Source: Marsupella aquatica (Eukaryota > Plantae > Marchantiophyta). Taken from it: a stretch of 64,000 nt of DNA. A program made the translations under genes and the position numbers. Under the pieces are notes generated by a model. It ran no database searches, was not told the DNA's origin, and saw only the letters and a list, made by a program, of their open reading frames with translations. The stretch spans positions 15,220,645 through 15,284,644 of the forward strand of contig OZ316893.1 of NCBI GenBank assembly GCA_973895155.1, given 5' to 3'. Every line of letters begins with the position of its first letter. Position 1 is the first letter of the stretch. This document shows positions 34,719 through 46,238 of this stretch, piece after piece.

Positions 34719-36603
34719 CTACAATTCACTTTCTTCTTCCCCAATTTCTGACATTTGCAACTCATTGCGGTTTGGACAATTCCTGCGATCATGGCCTCGA
34801 ACTCCACAAACCCCACACTTTCGTGGCAATCGACAAACCTCCTCATCAAAGCGAGTTCGAATTCTCTTTGTCGGACGTCCTTTATGTCTTTTCTTCAGCG
34901 GAGGGCCACAATGTGGATCTGGGAGGAGCCCATCTCTAATCAAAGCTAGTAGATGGGACTCGTATGTTTTTTTATGTCTCTGTGCTATAGTAGGGACTCA
35001 CAAAATCATAGTGACGTTGGCGCAGTCGAGTCATTGCTCGCCAGGCATGTATACAGGGCAACAGTTTATCCTAAAAATCACCACAAGTGCAAGACCAAGG
35101 TGGCTGAAGATGCACATGTACTGCCTATTACAATCATCAGTGATTCTTACCTCTGCTTCATGGGAAGGATGTGCAATCAAACGACTTGCTTTCTCTTCCA
35201 CTTGATTGAGTGCTTCCATAATGTGAGGTGGGAATGGAGTTGTAATACTGTCAGCAAGCTCTCGCTTCTCAAAAAACTTTACCATCATGTAATCCCAGAT
35301 CTGGCATGACATATTCAATGTCACCTCCCGCCGTTGAGGTTTTAGTGCCCTATTTGTGCTTTCTGCTTGCTGTGAGGTTTCATGTCCCCATCTACAAGAA
35401 CATTAGTTTCACATCTGTCAAGTTGAAGTAGCAGTCTGAAGGAATGTTCAATCCCATGTACAATTGAAATAACATCATTGCTAAGCAAACAACAATTCAA
35501 TTACAAACCCTAAGTCATTGCACTCACCTTCTAAATGGGAAATATGCTTGAGAATAATACTTTGGGTTGGCTGTCCTTTGAATGTATTCAACGGCTGCTT
35601 AATTTGTTCTTCTCCTCAATGTGCTTCAATCGCTGTTGATATTTGGCTAGAGTGACAGCATATGGCAGAGCTTCAAACAACTTTCTCATTTCCTTGCCAT
35701 AATGCTTATGAACGTTCTCCCCAAGATGCCATATACAATAAGCAGGATGTCCACGAGGAAATACTTCTGGAACCCCATCTGTGAGGCCTTTTTCCCTATC
35801 TGAGATAAAAACAACTCTTGGAAGAGATAAATCTGGAATCGCTTCTTTTAACAAATTGAGGAACACCAGCCAATTTGCCTCGTTCTCTGAAGGCACCCAA
35901 GAATATGCAAGCAATAAGACTGTGTTATTAGCATCCAATGTTGTGGCAATCAAAAGAAAGCCAGGGTACATGCATCTCGTGTGTGTCCCATCTAATGCTA
36001 TCATGGGTCTACAATGGCGAAATGCATCCCTGGATGCTGAAGGACACACAAATAACATGTGTAGATGGCCATCCGGTGCACTGTACTTGGCAAGTGCCAT
36101 GGGATCTCTCTCAAGGATATGGTGATAGTGTGCTGGATGAGGTGAAATGAATCTGTTTCATCTCCATCTAGGCGCTTCAACGCTCTCTGTATTGCAGCAT
36201 AGGCTGTGTGATATTTTATGTCAGGGTGCACCCAGGCCTGAGCGGTATCTCTTATGGTCGAAGGTCTAGTTTGACGGTTCTTGACAATGAGATCCATAAT
36301 TTTGTCAGCTAGCCTATCAGAATTGTTGTGCATTCTTCTCTTGTAATGGTCAGCCCGCTCACAAGTGTGCTGCAAGTATGTGTGTGTGATTGTAATCGTC
36401 TCTATTCTGCATTTCTTCGTAGTTCTCAACCTCCATGGGCAGCTACTTTGCTTACATCTTAGCTTCCACTTATATTCGTCCTTCTTGTGGGTGATCAGGA
36501 GTCGCTCTGACGACACACCCTCATCTACTATTAATTTCTTAAGGTCTTTCCAACTCTCAAATGTTCTCCCCAAGGTCAACACTGGATGTGCTAGTAGTGA
36601 CAT
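34719..36603 (-). pseudogene. MuDRA-type transposase, frameshifted
   Basis: LGRTFESWKDLK...CKQSSCPWRLR; RPMIALDGTH; ATTLDANN; FISDREKGL; HPAYCIWHL; C-terminal knuckle CGVCGVRGHDRRNC. Confidence 0.95.
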
Positions 36604-38831
36604 TGAAATAGCCTGCAGACACAAAGATTGCAGACTCAAATTGCAAGCAATACAAAACTTTCAATCAGAATCAGATTTCAAGAAGCATAGAGTAGTGGTT
36701 TGAGCTTCACACCTGTGAATGTGAGGGTTGCCTTCCTTTATTTACCGGACCGGTTCCTATCGACAGCCCTATCAGAAAATGGGGCATCACATTGAGTATC
36801 GACCACACACTTAAAACGACTTCTTAACTACGACTCCATTGGCTGTGCTACTTCATGAGATCCGTTCGCCCTTCAACCTTTTTGCCCCGATCCCTTGCTC
36901 CTTTGCTTTGCTCCCGGATTCCTTCCCTGCACATCCTTCTGTTTCGATGATCGACAATCAAAACGCCTCACATGCGCAGGATGCCCCAATGCCCATTTTT
37001 TCTGAAGAAAATGACTCCTGGGAGTCGGGGCCCAATACAGCGTCGATGCTGAATGGGTGTCGGGTCCAAATGGGTGGCATTTACTCGGGCCCGGTAGGAG
37101 GAAGGGGCAGCATCGGCCGCAGTTTGGTGGGAGCCGGGTCCAAATGGGCCCCGATAGGTATCGGACGCCTTAGGCACGCCGCGGCTGGGTGCAGGCTGCG
37201 TACATGACTGATCTCGCGGGTTAGTGTGACCAAGGGTGGTCGACTGCAGTTACGTGATGGCCAATAGGATCGCTTCCATGGTCGAGAAGTCTGGTTAGAA
37301 GCATCCGAGTTCAGTTTGGGGGGCAGTATAGTAAGTAGTTCAGTTTGGGGGGGCAAGATTGTAATAATGTTCAGTTTGGGGGGTACTTTAGTAAAAAGCT
37401 GTAATTATTTATGCAGAGAGCATGAATAATTTGGGTCTAGAAAAGTTTGTAATGGATTTGATTGGTCGGATGACAAGAGATTTTGGACGGGATGGTGGCA
37501 TCTATCGACCGATTGATGAGGAGGCTATGGTGGATTACAGCCCGTGGTGGGCGTTTGATCCGCCTTGAAGACCTTGTTGTGCTGTTTCTGTCACCCGTGT
37601 TGATTTTTGCTTCGGGTTTGGCAGTTGTAGGGTAGTAGTCTTGTTTGTTTTATGTTGCAGACAGTAAATTCTCCTTGTTGAGGTTTACGCCTGGGATTCA
37701 GTTGCTCAGTTCTTAGTTTTCGCTAGGTCTCTTCCTGTTCCCTGGGCTGAGTCAGCCCTCTGGTCTGCTGTGTTTTTTGGTTTATTTTGATGAGTGGCAT
37801 GTTGCCTCTTTGCGTCTCTTCCCCTCTGTTTTGCCTTGGTCCACTTGTCTGGATGTGTCTGGTCTTGGTGTGACGTTTGGCCTTTGACCGGTTGTGGTCT
37901 GGCCGGTGACTTCTGTTTTTATTGGGTTTTACTTCCCGCGTAAGTAAAGTAGCGTAAGTAAAGTACTCCTTTCAAGAAAAAAAGTTTGTAAAGTTCTGTA
38001 TAATATATTGGGTGGAGCCACCATAGGTTGGGTAGAGCACCGTATGCTCGCAGCCCAGTACACGCAGTAGTACCACAGTTCCCTAGCTAGTAGCAGGCAC
38101 TGCTTGCAGCCGAGCAGTAGGGCGTCGGGACAGAGAGGGCGGAGGGGGACTTGGGGAGCCGGTCCGCGCACGCCCCTCTCTCTCGCCTTTCGGTTGGGCG
38201 GGTGCGTGGCGATGGAAATAAGTTAGGAACGACGTGAAGTAATCTGTAATTCTGTATGTAAACATCACCGTAGGCTCCCGGGGCGAAACCATGGCGATGA
38301 CGGCCGTACCGATTGAGAGGCGCGAATCTACTACGACTGCGACTACTACTAGTGGCTGACTGTCTTATCAGAGCCGTCGCGAGGGTCGAGGGTCGAGGGC
38401 AGGGGAAGACTAAGAGAGGAGGGAGGAGCCGATGGATGGTGTTATTGAGAATAAACTGTAAGCGGAGAACGAGAGAGAGAGAGAGAAGGAGGGGCAGGAA
38501 CGGAAGAGGCAGAGATCGCAGAGGAGCAGTTGTGGTCGAAGTAACGCATGTGACAGGAGAGGGGACAGAGGAGAGAGGCGGGGCAGGAAAGTAGGCAAGC
38601 ACGGCAGGATTTGTGACGGACGAGGAGGGGAGGAGAGGATTAGACGATGTTGACGAGGGCGAGAGAGAAGTAGGGCGGAGAAGCGAGACGGAGCCGAGGA
38701 GAAGAGAGCAGCAGAAAAAGAGGAGGAGGAGGAAGAGGGCGCAGGACGGAGGAAAAAAAGAGGAGGTCGAGAGGAGAAATGAGCTGCAGAGAGGCGAGGA
38801 AGGAAGGAGCAAGAGACCACGAGCGCCACCC

Positions 38832-39464
38832 ATGAGGGACGTGGATGCAGCGGGGGCGACTGTAGGGAAGACGGAGGTTACTGAGCAGGAGAACGAGAAA
38901 CTGCCGGGAGTCGAGATAGATCTCCTAAAAAGACATCACAATCAGGCGATCCTGGCGAACCAATGCGGGTCCACGTTGTTTCAGGAGATCAACGCACCTA
39001 TGGAAGTGGTGTGGGGAATAGTACGCCGGTTTGATCAGCCGCATACCTACAAGCAGTTCCTCCAGAGCTGTTCGCTGTTGAAAGGCGATGGCAAGCCGGG
39101 GAGCGTGAGGGAAGTGAGACTGGTGTCCGGACTCCCAGGGACGAGCAGTATCGAGCGGCTGGAGGTTCTTGACGATGAGAACCACATAAGCAGCTTTAGG
39201 ATCCTGGGAGGTGGGCACAGGTTGAGGAATTATTGGTCCGTGACGTCGCTGCACGAGCGGGTCATCAATGGCCGGCGAGGGACTTTAGTGATCGAGTCGT
39301 ATGTTGCGGACATACCCGAAGGAAACACGGCTCCCGATACTTGCGTGTTTGTGGACACGGTGATTAAGTGCAATCTGAAGTCTTTGCAAACCATAGCCGA
39401 GCAGGCTGCTTTGGATGCTGCGGAGGATAAGACGAAGCATCTCACCATCAATTCTTGCGACTAG
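38832..39464 (+). CDS. PYL: PYR/PYL/RCAR abscisic acid receptor (intronless, 210 aa)
   Basis: [17 protein letters not shown]; [22 protein letters not shown]; GGGHRLRNY; [12 protein letters not shown]; [13 protein letters not shown] in CCACCCATGA after a GA-rich leader. Confidence 0.96.
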   Translation: MRDVDAAGATVGKTEVTEQENEKLPGVEIDLLKRHHNQAILANQCGSTLFQEINAPMEVVWGIVRRFDQPHTYKQFLQSCSLLKGDGKPGSVREVRLVSGLPGTSSIERLEVLDDENHISSFRILGGGHRLRNYWSVTSLHERVINGRRGTLVIESYVADIPEGNTAPDTCVFVDTVIKCNLKSLQTIAEQAALDAAEDKTKHLTINSCD

Positions 39465-39982
39465 GTCGGACAATGTATTCCAAGATTTATTTTGATGCTA
39501 CTGTGCTTGTTCAAGCTGTATCTGACTTGTTTACCTCGCCGAAACACCTACATGATCTGAATAGCATGATTGCGTTTCCTTGATAACCAAGCTTTGTAGC
39601 CTACAGAGCAAAAGAGTTCAGTTGTTCGAAGTGGCTAGGCGTATGTCCAATTGCGACTGATAGTTCTCGTCTCGCTCTCTGGTGGTGGAGTGAAGACGTT
39701 GCTGTTGTGGTACGGAAATGACCGGACTGCAGATCAACCGTGGGACAAAAACTGCAGACTTACGGTGATCCTGGTCGTCAACTGGCCTCATGGGAGCGAT
39801 AGCTTTTCCACTTTGCAAGGCAAGATGGATGAGCAAGTCCTTTCGGGAGCTGGTTCTGGACTCTTCAAGGTATTTGGCATTGGCCCCGATAATGCAATTT
39901 CTATACGTAGACGGTTTGTCGTACGGGCAGTAGCCGCATATTCAATGTGTCAGAAGACTTTGCAAGTGGAGCTTTTGATAGT

Positions 39983-40084
39983 CATTGTGCTCCCATTCCC
40001 TGTATCTAGCGGTGTAAAGCATTGATCAAGGTTCATTGTGCTCCCATTCCCTGTATCTAGCAGTGTAAAGCATTGATCAAGGTT
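39983..40084. repeat. Tandem duplication, 2 x 51 bp
   Basis: CATTGTGCTCCCATTCCCTGTATCTAGC(G/A)GTGTAAAGCATTGATCAAGGTT occurs twice. Confidence 0.92.
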
Positions 40085-43000
40085 ACTTGGTTTGAAGGAT
40101 TATTTTTTAAGACCAGGTCTATCTCCTGGCGTTTGTGGCTCGTGGCGTTGTCTAAGTTTTCTTTTTTGTTTATTAAGTGTTGTCCTCGCACCTGGTTTTG
40201 GTAAGCTCTGTTCTTGTGTTGCTTTCAGTGTCTCAATATTTTTGCTGTGTGAAGTGGGGAACTTTTCGAGTAGAGTCGATCGTCTTGTCTTTGCCTCAAC
40301 GTAAATGGAGAATGTGTAGAACCCATGGCTACAGACTTCTGCTACGGAGACCTCTGCCCAGGAATGTTGAGACGGTTCATCTAGTATATCAGGATGGCGG
40401 CACGAAAACCTTGGTCTGTCATACTTTCCAGGATCTTTGTTTGCTGCACACAACGTAGGTGCTTAGTGTACTCTTACTCGCTGTCTTGTTTTCCTAGCCA
40501 GTCCGTACCCTTCTCCTGTGCTAGCCGTGCACATTCAGCGGAGCGTAGACTGCGTGTCTGTTGTCAGTCAGTTGTGTTCTAGTTAAGTTGGAGAAGCATC
40601 TCCGTTTCGGGGGAGAGTTTTACACGTTTCAAACGTAGATCATGTACATTTCGTCTCGGACTTTGGTTACGCGTGGGAGACTGGTCGTCCCAAGGAAGCA
40701 GTTGCATCAATCACATCAGCACGCGGGTCACGTGTTCAACTCGAGGGCATATGTGAATATTAGTATTTTCTCGCTTGCCTCTGAACTATTACTCTGCGGT
40801 TGGATGTTTGAGCCATAGGGTCTCGCGATGGCGCGGTGTGCGATTTGCATTCTGTGACCTTGAGCGCTAGCAAAATCTTGTGCAAATTGCCGTCGTCCAA
40901 GTTGCATATTTCCGGAGTTGTTCGCATGATATTTCGTCGTAAACCGTCCTGTTCCTTCAACGCTGGCCCGAGTCAGCCATGGCTTAGTGAAAATTGACCA
41001 AGTCGGTATGGGATTATTGTGTGCTGTGAAGACTGGGAGATCGCGGATCACCAGACTTTCGATCTGTCTAGTTCTACGGTGTTTGGGATGAGGGATGAGG
41101 GCTGTTAAGGGGACGACCAACTCAACGGTGGCCGAGGAGCATTTCGTAGACTCGTAACATTGTTTGCACACAGTAATGTCTGGAACCTTCGATGTGTGGA
41201 GGATAGGCTTTGGTACCCATTTTTCAGTGAGTAAAAGCAGAACTTCGACATTTGAAGGCTCGAACGAAAGCTTCCATGTTGCCAGTATAATATTCAAGAC
41301 CTGAAAGTTGTTCCTGGCTACAATTCCATCAGTATCTTTAAAACTGTCACCCCGGTGTCTTGCAGGGGAGTTGGCGAAAAAGTCTCAACCCCACCAAGAA
41401 TGTGAATTGTGTGACAATATATAATGCAGGCTAGAAATGTTTCGGAAGATACGGGTACAGTAGTGTAATCAGTTGTTGGGTCCGCACTCGACTGCAGTAT
41501 TAGAGAATCCTCTCATCTGTGTAAGACATCAGGATTCGAACCCTCCAAGTTTTCAACTTTCGCGAGAGACGCGACTCGCTACGGTCTAGTATTTGCAGCA
41601 CTAGTGATCGAATTCTTTGTCACTACGATCCATCCAAACGGATCAAAGAGACGACTTGGAACAGTGCCCTTTTAGCGAACCAGGCGAGTATTGACGAGTG
41701 CTTTGTCCTTGCGATCCATCCAAACGGACAACGAGTCCACGACTCTCTCGGAACAGAGCCTTCTCAGCGAACGTGATCGGATGTCGTATTTTTGGCATGA
41801 GACTTTCGTGAAGAGACACCACTCCTGCCCTGCTATGCCTCGTCGAACAGACTATATCAAGTTGCTCTTGAGGCAAATAGAAACTCCCACATCGACCGGT
41901 ATGCCGGGGACAGAGTTCATGGGAAGTATCTCGAAAGTCCTGGTTGCAAGAAAGGTACTCGAGTCCCTGGACTGGACCTACCGCTCGACCAGAATTTCCA
42001 TTTTCCACGCCACCTCCATCTGGAGTATACGTCTACGCACCCTCTAGCGGGTGGGATTAGGTTTAGGCAACCTATTTTCAAAGCGTAGTGTTACAAATAA
42101 TAGCGATCGCGGTATAGTGATGTCAGCATATCACACTTACCCCCACATGCTTCCGATGAGGACCGATAGATCTGGCTTTGAGCTTTAAGATACTGTGAAT
42201 TATTGCATTGTTTTTGTTGCTTCTGTTGTTTGCTTTCCTGGTTAGGATCGTGAGTTCTGCTTCGCGTTTGTCACGTTCGCCTTTCAATGTTGCTGTTTGG
42301 AAAAAATGTGTAGAACATGTGCCCGAGGTTCTACGAATGATGTTTGTTTAGCAGGGCCCAATTTTGTGAATAGTGTAAATCACAGGCCAGAGGACACCAA
42401 ATAGACTGTTCATGTGGATATGCATGCTCTGCCTCAGTTAGAATTGGATAACAGTTCCAAGGCGAACCTGTGATGCAGAATATGGGACCTGTGGACAAGT
42501 CAGCTGCCGAGGGAATACTAGCTGGAAGACCACTGTTGAGAAGGACCGCCTGTTCATGGCAGGAGCAAGGGGGGGGGGGGGGGGAGGGGGTGGAATCTCA
42601 TCGAATGGCGTTTCAGATTTAGGCTTCTTTCAGGTCATTGTGATCGTTTGGCGTGTAGAAGTACATGTAGAGAGGATCACAATTGGCAGCCATGGCATAG
42701 GCTACAATAGTTTCGTTCGTTTTAGTGCAAGTGTTTTACTTTTTTTGTTAATTTGCCCATTCACAGGAGGCTTCCTGTATCCCCTGTTACTTTGCATATG
42801 CGAAATCTAAGCAGGAGAATCTTTGCTCAAAGTTTCCTTTCATGGTAGCTCTCCGTGTGGAAAATATAGTATAGGAGGTACTATTGGAGAAGAAGGTTTT
42901 GCCATCAGAATCTTCTTTATCATTCTCTTAACGAACTCCAATGCCCAAAATTGAAAAGGGTGACGAATTATTTCATTGAGACCTGAACGAAACGAATGTC

Positions 43001-43234
43001 ACCCCGTGTACTTTTGCAACTGCAATAGTCCTCGAGGATGATGGCGATCCACGGTGTAACATGGAAACTTACTGTAAGTGCTAGTCAATCCAATCATTCG
43101 GTATGAAGTATCCATATAAAGTACAGCAGATAATTCTCAAGTTGCAAAAGCCTGCGCTCTTTATGGCTGAAAAGGAAACTTCCAGACTTTTGCTCGAGAT
43201 TGTTTCTGCTCGCCACTGCAAAAAATCAGGACCA

Positions 43235-43502
43235 CTTGAGTGAGGCCTAGTGATCTAGCCCAGGTGGCCAGAGGATTGAAACTTTGGACTGACTGAAAAA
43301 ATCCAAATTAGAACCATCTGAGTGATGCCTAGTGGTAGACCTCAGGTGGCCAGGGGTGTGGAACTTGGGGCCAACAGGTCTAATTCAAGCCCCCGTCACC
43401 CACTACTGTAGGTGTGTGTGTGGGGGGGGGAGGGCGGCGGGGGCGTGGGCCATACAAATTCACGTGGGATGAAAATTCTACTCCCATAAACATATTAAAA
43501 AA
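43235..43502 (+). mobile_element. Degenerate SINE-like remnant with duplicated head
   Basis: GCCTAGTG...CAGGTGGCCAG occurs twice, with B-box-like AATTCAAGCCC, a GT/G-rich body and an A-rich tail. Confidence 0.4.
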
Positions 43503-44569
43503 CCAGAAATTCAGCAGGAGCCAGGTGCCATACTAATATACTCGGGATAGAAGCTTTTAGTCCCATGAAAAAAAATTAAACACTAGAAACCGAACAAATC
43601 AACCCCCACTGATTCAAAGGGGGCCAACAGAGCAAAACACATACAAATCATTTGCTCAACGAATTTTAGGTGGTCTGTCAGACGAGGTGGGTCACTCATG
43701 TTCTAAGAGTGTGCACTAAGTAAATCGTACCAACTGGGCGACAATGGTGGAAACGTGGTCAGCAATCGTGAGAGGAGCACAAAGAAATCATATTTTGGGG
43801 AAATGCACGTACGGTCGTTTATTTACGCTGTGAAAGCTAAAGACACTACGAGTATACATATACACAGACAGTCTGGTTCACTTTCCAAAGGCACAAATTA
43901 AAATAATAAAAGATATTGCTTTAGTCATCATTCGAATCAACTTTGATTATTTTATTTTCGTTTTGGATTGGAATGGCTCGTCAAGATTTTGGTTTTTCTA
44001 GTTGAGATCTTCGAGATTTTTTATATGATATATATATATTGATTTTTCTGGTTGTGATCTTCAAGAAATTTTACATGATGAAAGTTGTACTTACTCACTT
44101 TATCGGGTCTTTTTGCCTGTGGGATGGGGTCTTCCTATGGCCTATATGTCTTTTTGGGACTATGATATGGAGTCTCCCTATGGCCTATATGTCTGTTTGG
44201 CACTATGATATATTCAGTTTACTTGTACTGGCAGTAAAGAGTGCTTTCAAGACCAACAGATATAGAATATGAGAACCTACATATAGTGCTCTTAAAATAG
44301 AAGGTGCCGACCACAACTAAAGTGAGCCTATACTTTATTGGCCCTCTTTAAAGTAATTTGGAACAATCGTTTAATGAGCCTGAATGCAGATTCTTTGAAT
44401 GTTAATAGAAATGATGACAAAAAATCATGCATAATTGTCAGTTTGACATACATAAAATTCATTCCTTTCATCCACATAAAGTTTGGTGGGGCCCTAGAGT
44501 CATAGTCTAGAGGATTCACTCTAGAAGTGTAGACCCCAACTAGCTTCTCATTGTGATTCATTAGTAAGA

Positions 44570-44992
44570 TGTTTAGCATTTTGAGCGAGGAGCGGCCTGA
44601 GCACCTAGCACTACAACACGTCTAGCGCCCAAGTACAGGAGGGAGTGAGTGTTAGGTATTTACTCAAGGTCTAGGGTTATGACATGTAACCGTAGTTAGA
44701 CTAACTGTAGTCAGAGATGTGGTTAGGTTAACTAGGATGCACACTATATGCCAAACGGTGTTTCTTTGGATAAGTGGAACTTAGGCTCATTGTTATGGAG
44801 CCACTTGAGAGATGAGAAGAGCTTACACTATGGAGACTTGGTATAGCCGACGGGCTTAGAGTTTAGTAAAGCTCTCTTGTGTGTTCCCGTTGACGTAGCC
44901 TCGAGGAGGTGAACCACGTATCTCTTATGTCGACTACTTGCACGTTGGATGTGTCATGTGCTTACCATTGCGATTGTCATCTATGCTCAACA
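44570..44992. mobile_element. Solo LTR (423 bp)
   Basis: TGTTTAGC...GCTCAACA inverted ends; flanks GTAAGA/GTGAGA; homologous to the arms of 31943-32264. Confidence 0.8.
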
Positions 44993-45083
44993 GTGAGAGG
45001 GTTGACGTACAAGCGGAAGCACTAGTGAGCAAGTACCTGGTGCATGCATTGCTGAGTTACTGGCTCTGACTTGGCAGAAGGGC

Positions 45084-46238
45084 GAGATATATGCTTGATG
45101 GGCCCCCTGGTGAACCTTTCTTACCTGATGGGCCCCTAGGTAACTTTTTTTATCAAATAGGACCTCTCTTAATGACCAGTACACCTGTTATTGTGTGGTG
45201 CCTACACCTGTCCTTGTGTGGTGCCTACTATGTACAGTGACTCTAGGCAAACTGCATAGTTGAACTGTGCAATTGACCCTGCATGGTCGATCGAGAAACC
45301 ACGGAGAGTATTCAGGAGAAACCGCGAAAAGCGATTGTCGCTGTCAAAACTGTGATTTGAAGACAATATGCATTATGTCTTCGGATTCAAAATTTGACCG
45401 ATCGTTGGGTAGTCATTAGGTTTGCTTGTATGGGTTTTTTGTGACTGTTGGACCGTGTGGGAGGCCACCCTTGCATGGTCGAAGAAACATGTGGGAGAAA
45501 CAGGTGAACCGTGGAGATGATGTGGGAGAACTGCCAAAAGCTGCCGCTGTTGCCCAAACTGTGACTTGAATACAATATGGATTATGTCTTTGGGTTCAAA
45601 TTTTCACTGTATCGCGGGGTAGTCATTAGGTACGTTTTTCACGCGGTGCACATGGGTTTTTCACGATGTTTTCATATGCGACTGTCAACGTCAGTGTGGG
45701 GTACCTCCAAATGTCCACAAAGAATATTCAAGTTCAATGTTCGGAATTTGCCCACTGTCGCCACAACAAAAATCGCAAATGATTGACAAATGTGCTCAAA
45801 AAATGGTGATACTCCCCTATGCAATGCATACAAACAATTTCAAAAGAAGACAAACCCAAAGGTGTCGGGGTACACCCTAAACCTTGAAACACGGGAAGAC
45901 ATAATCCATTGTGTCTTCAGGCATTAACCCATTGAATCCGAAGACATAATGCATATTGTCTTCAAATCACAGTTTCGACAGCGGCAGTCGCTTTTCGTGA
46001 TTTCTTCTGAATAATCTCCGTGGTTTCTCGGTCGACCATGCAGGGTCGGCCGCACGGTTCAACCATGCAGTTTGCCTGGAGTCACTATACATAGTAGGCA
46101 CCACACAAGGACAGGTGTAGGCATCACACAAGAACAGGTGTACTGGTCATTAAGAGGGGTCCTACTTGGTTAAAAGAGTTACCTAGGGGCCCATCAGGTA
46201 AGAAAGGTTCACCGGGGGGCCCATCAAGCATATATCTC
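45084..46238. mobile_element. Non-autonomous Mutator-like element with about 307-bp TIRs
   Basis: GAGATATATGCTTGATGGGCCCCC... and its reverse complement; 9-bp TSD CAGAAGGGC/TAGAAGGGC; no coding capacity. Confidence 0.93.

Larger units (their letters stand above)
33127..37401 (-). mobile_element. Mutator-like element (MULE) with about 255-bp TIRs
   Basis: TIRs at 33127-33381 and about 37147-37401 with internal CCCCCCAAAC repeats; 9-bp TSD TAATTATTT at 33118-33126 and 37402-37410. Confidence 0.95.

Noticed and set aside
38087-38833. Long ORFs on both strands upstream of PYL, including the 283-aa extended PYL call from a GTG at 38613
   Set aside because: They arise from a GA-rich low-complexity leader that lacks stops. 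PYL homology starts only after the ATG at 38832.
40728-41297. 189-aa minus-strand ORF
   Set aside because: Non-ATG start, no motif and no splice context; probably chance.
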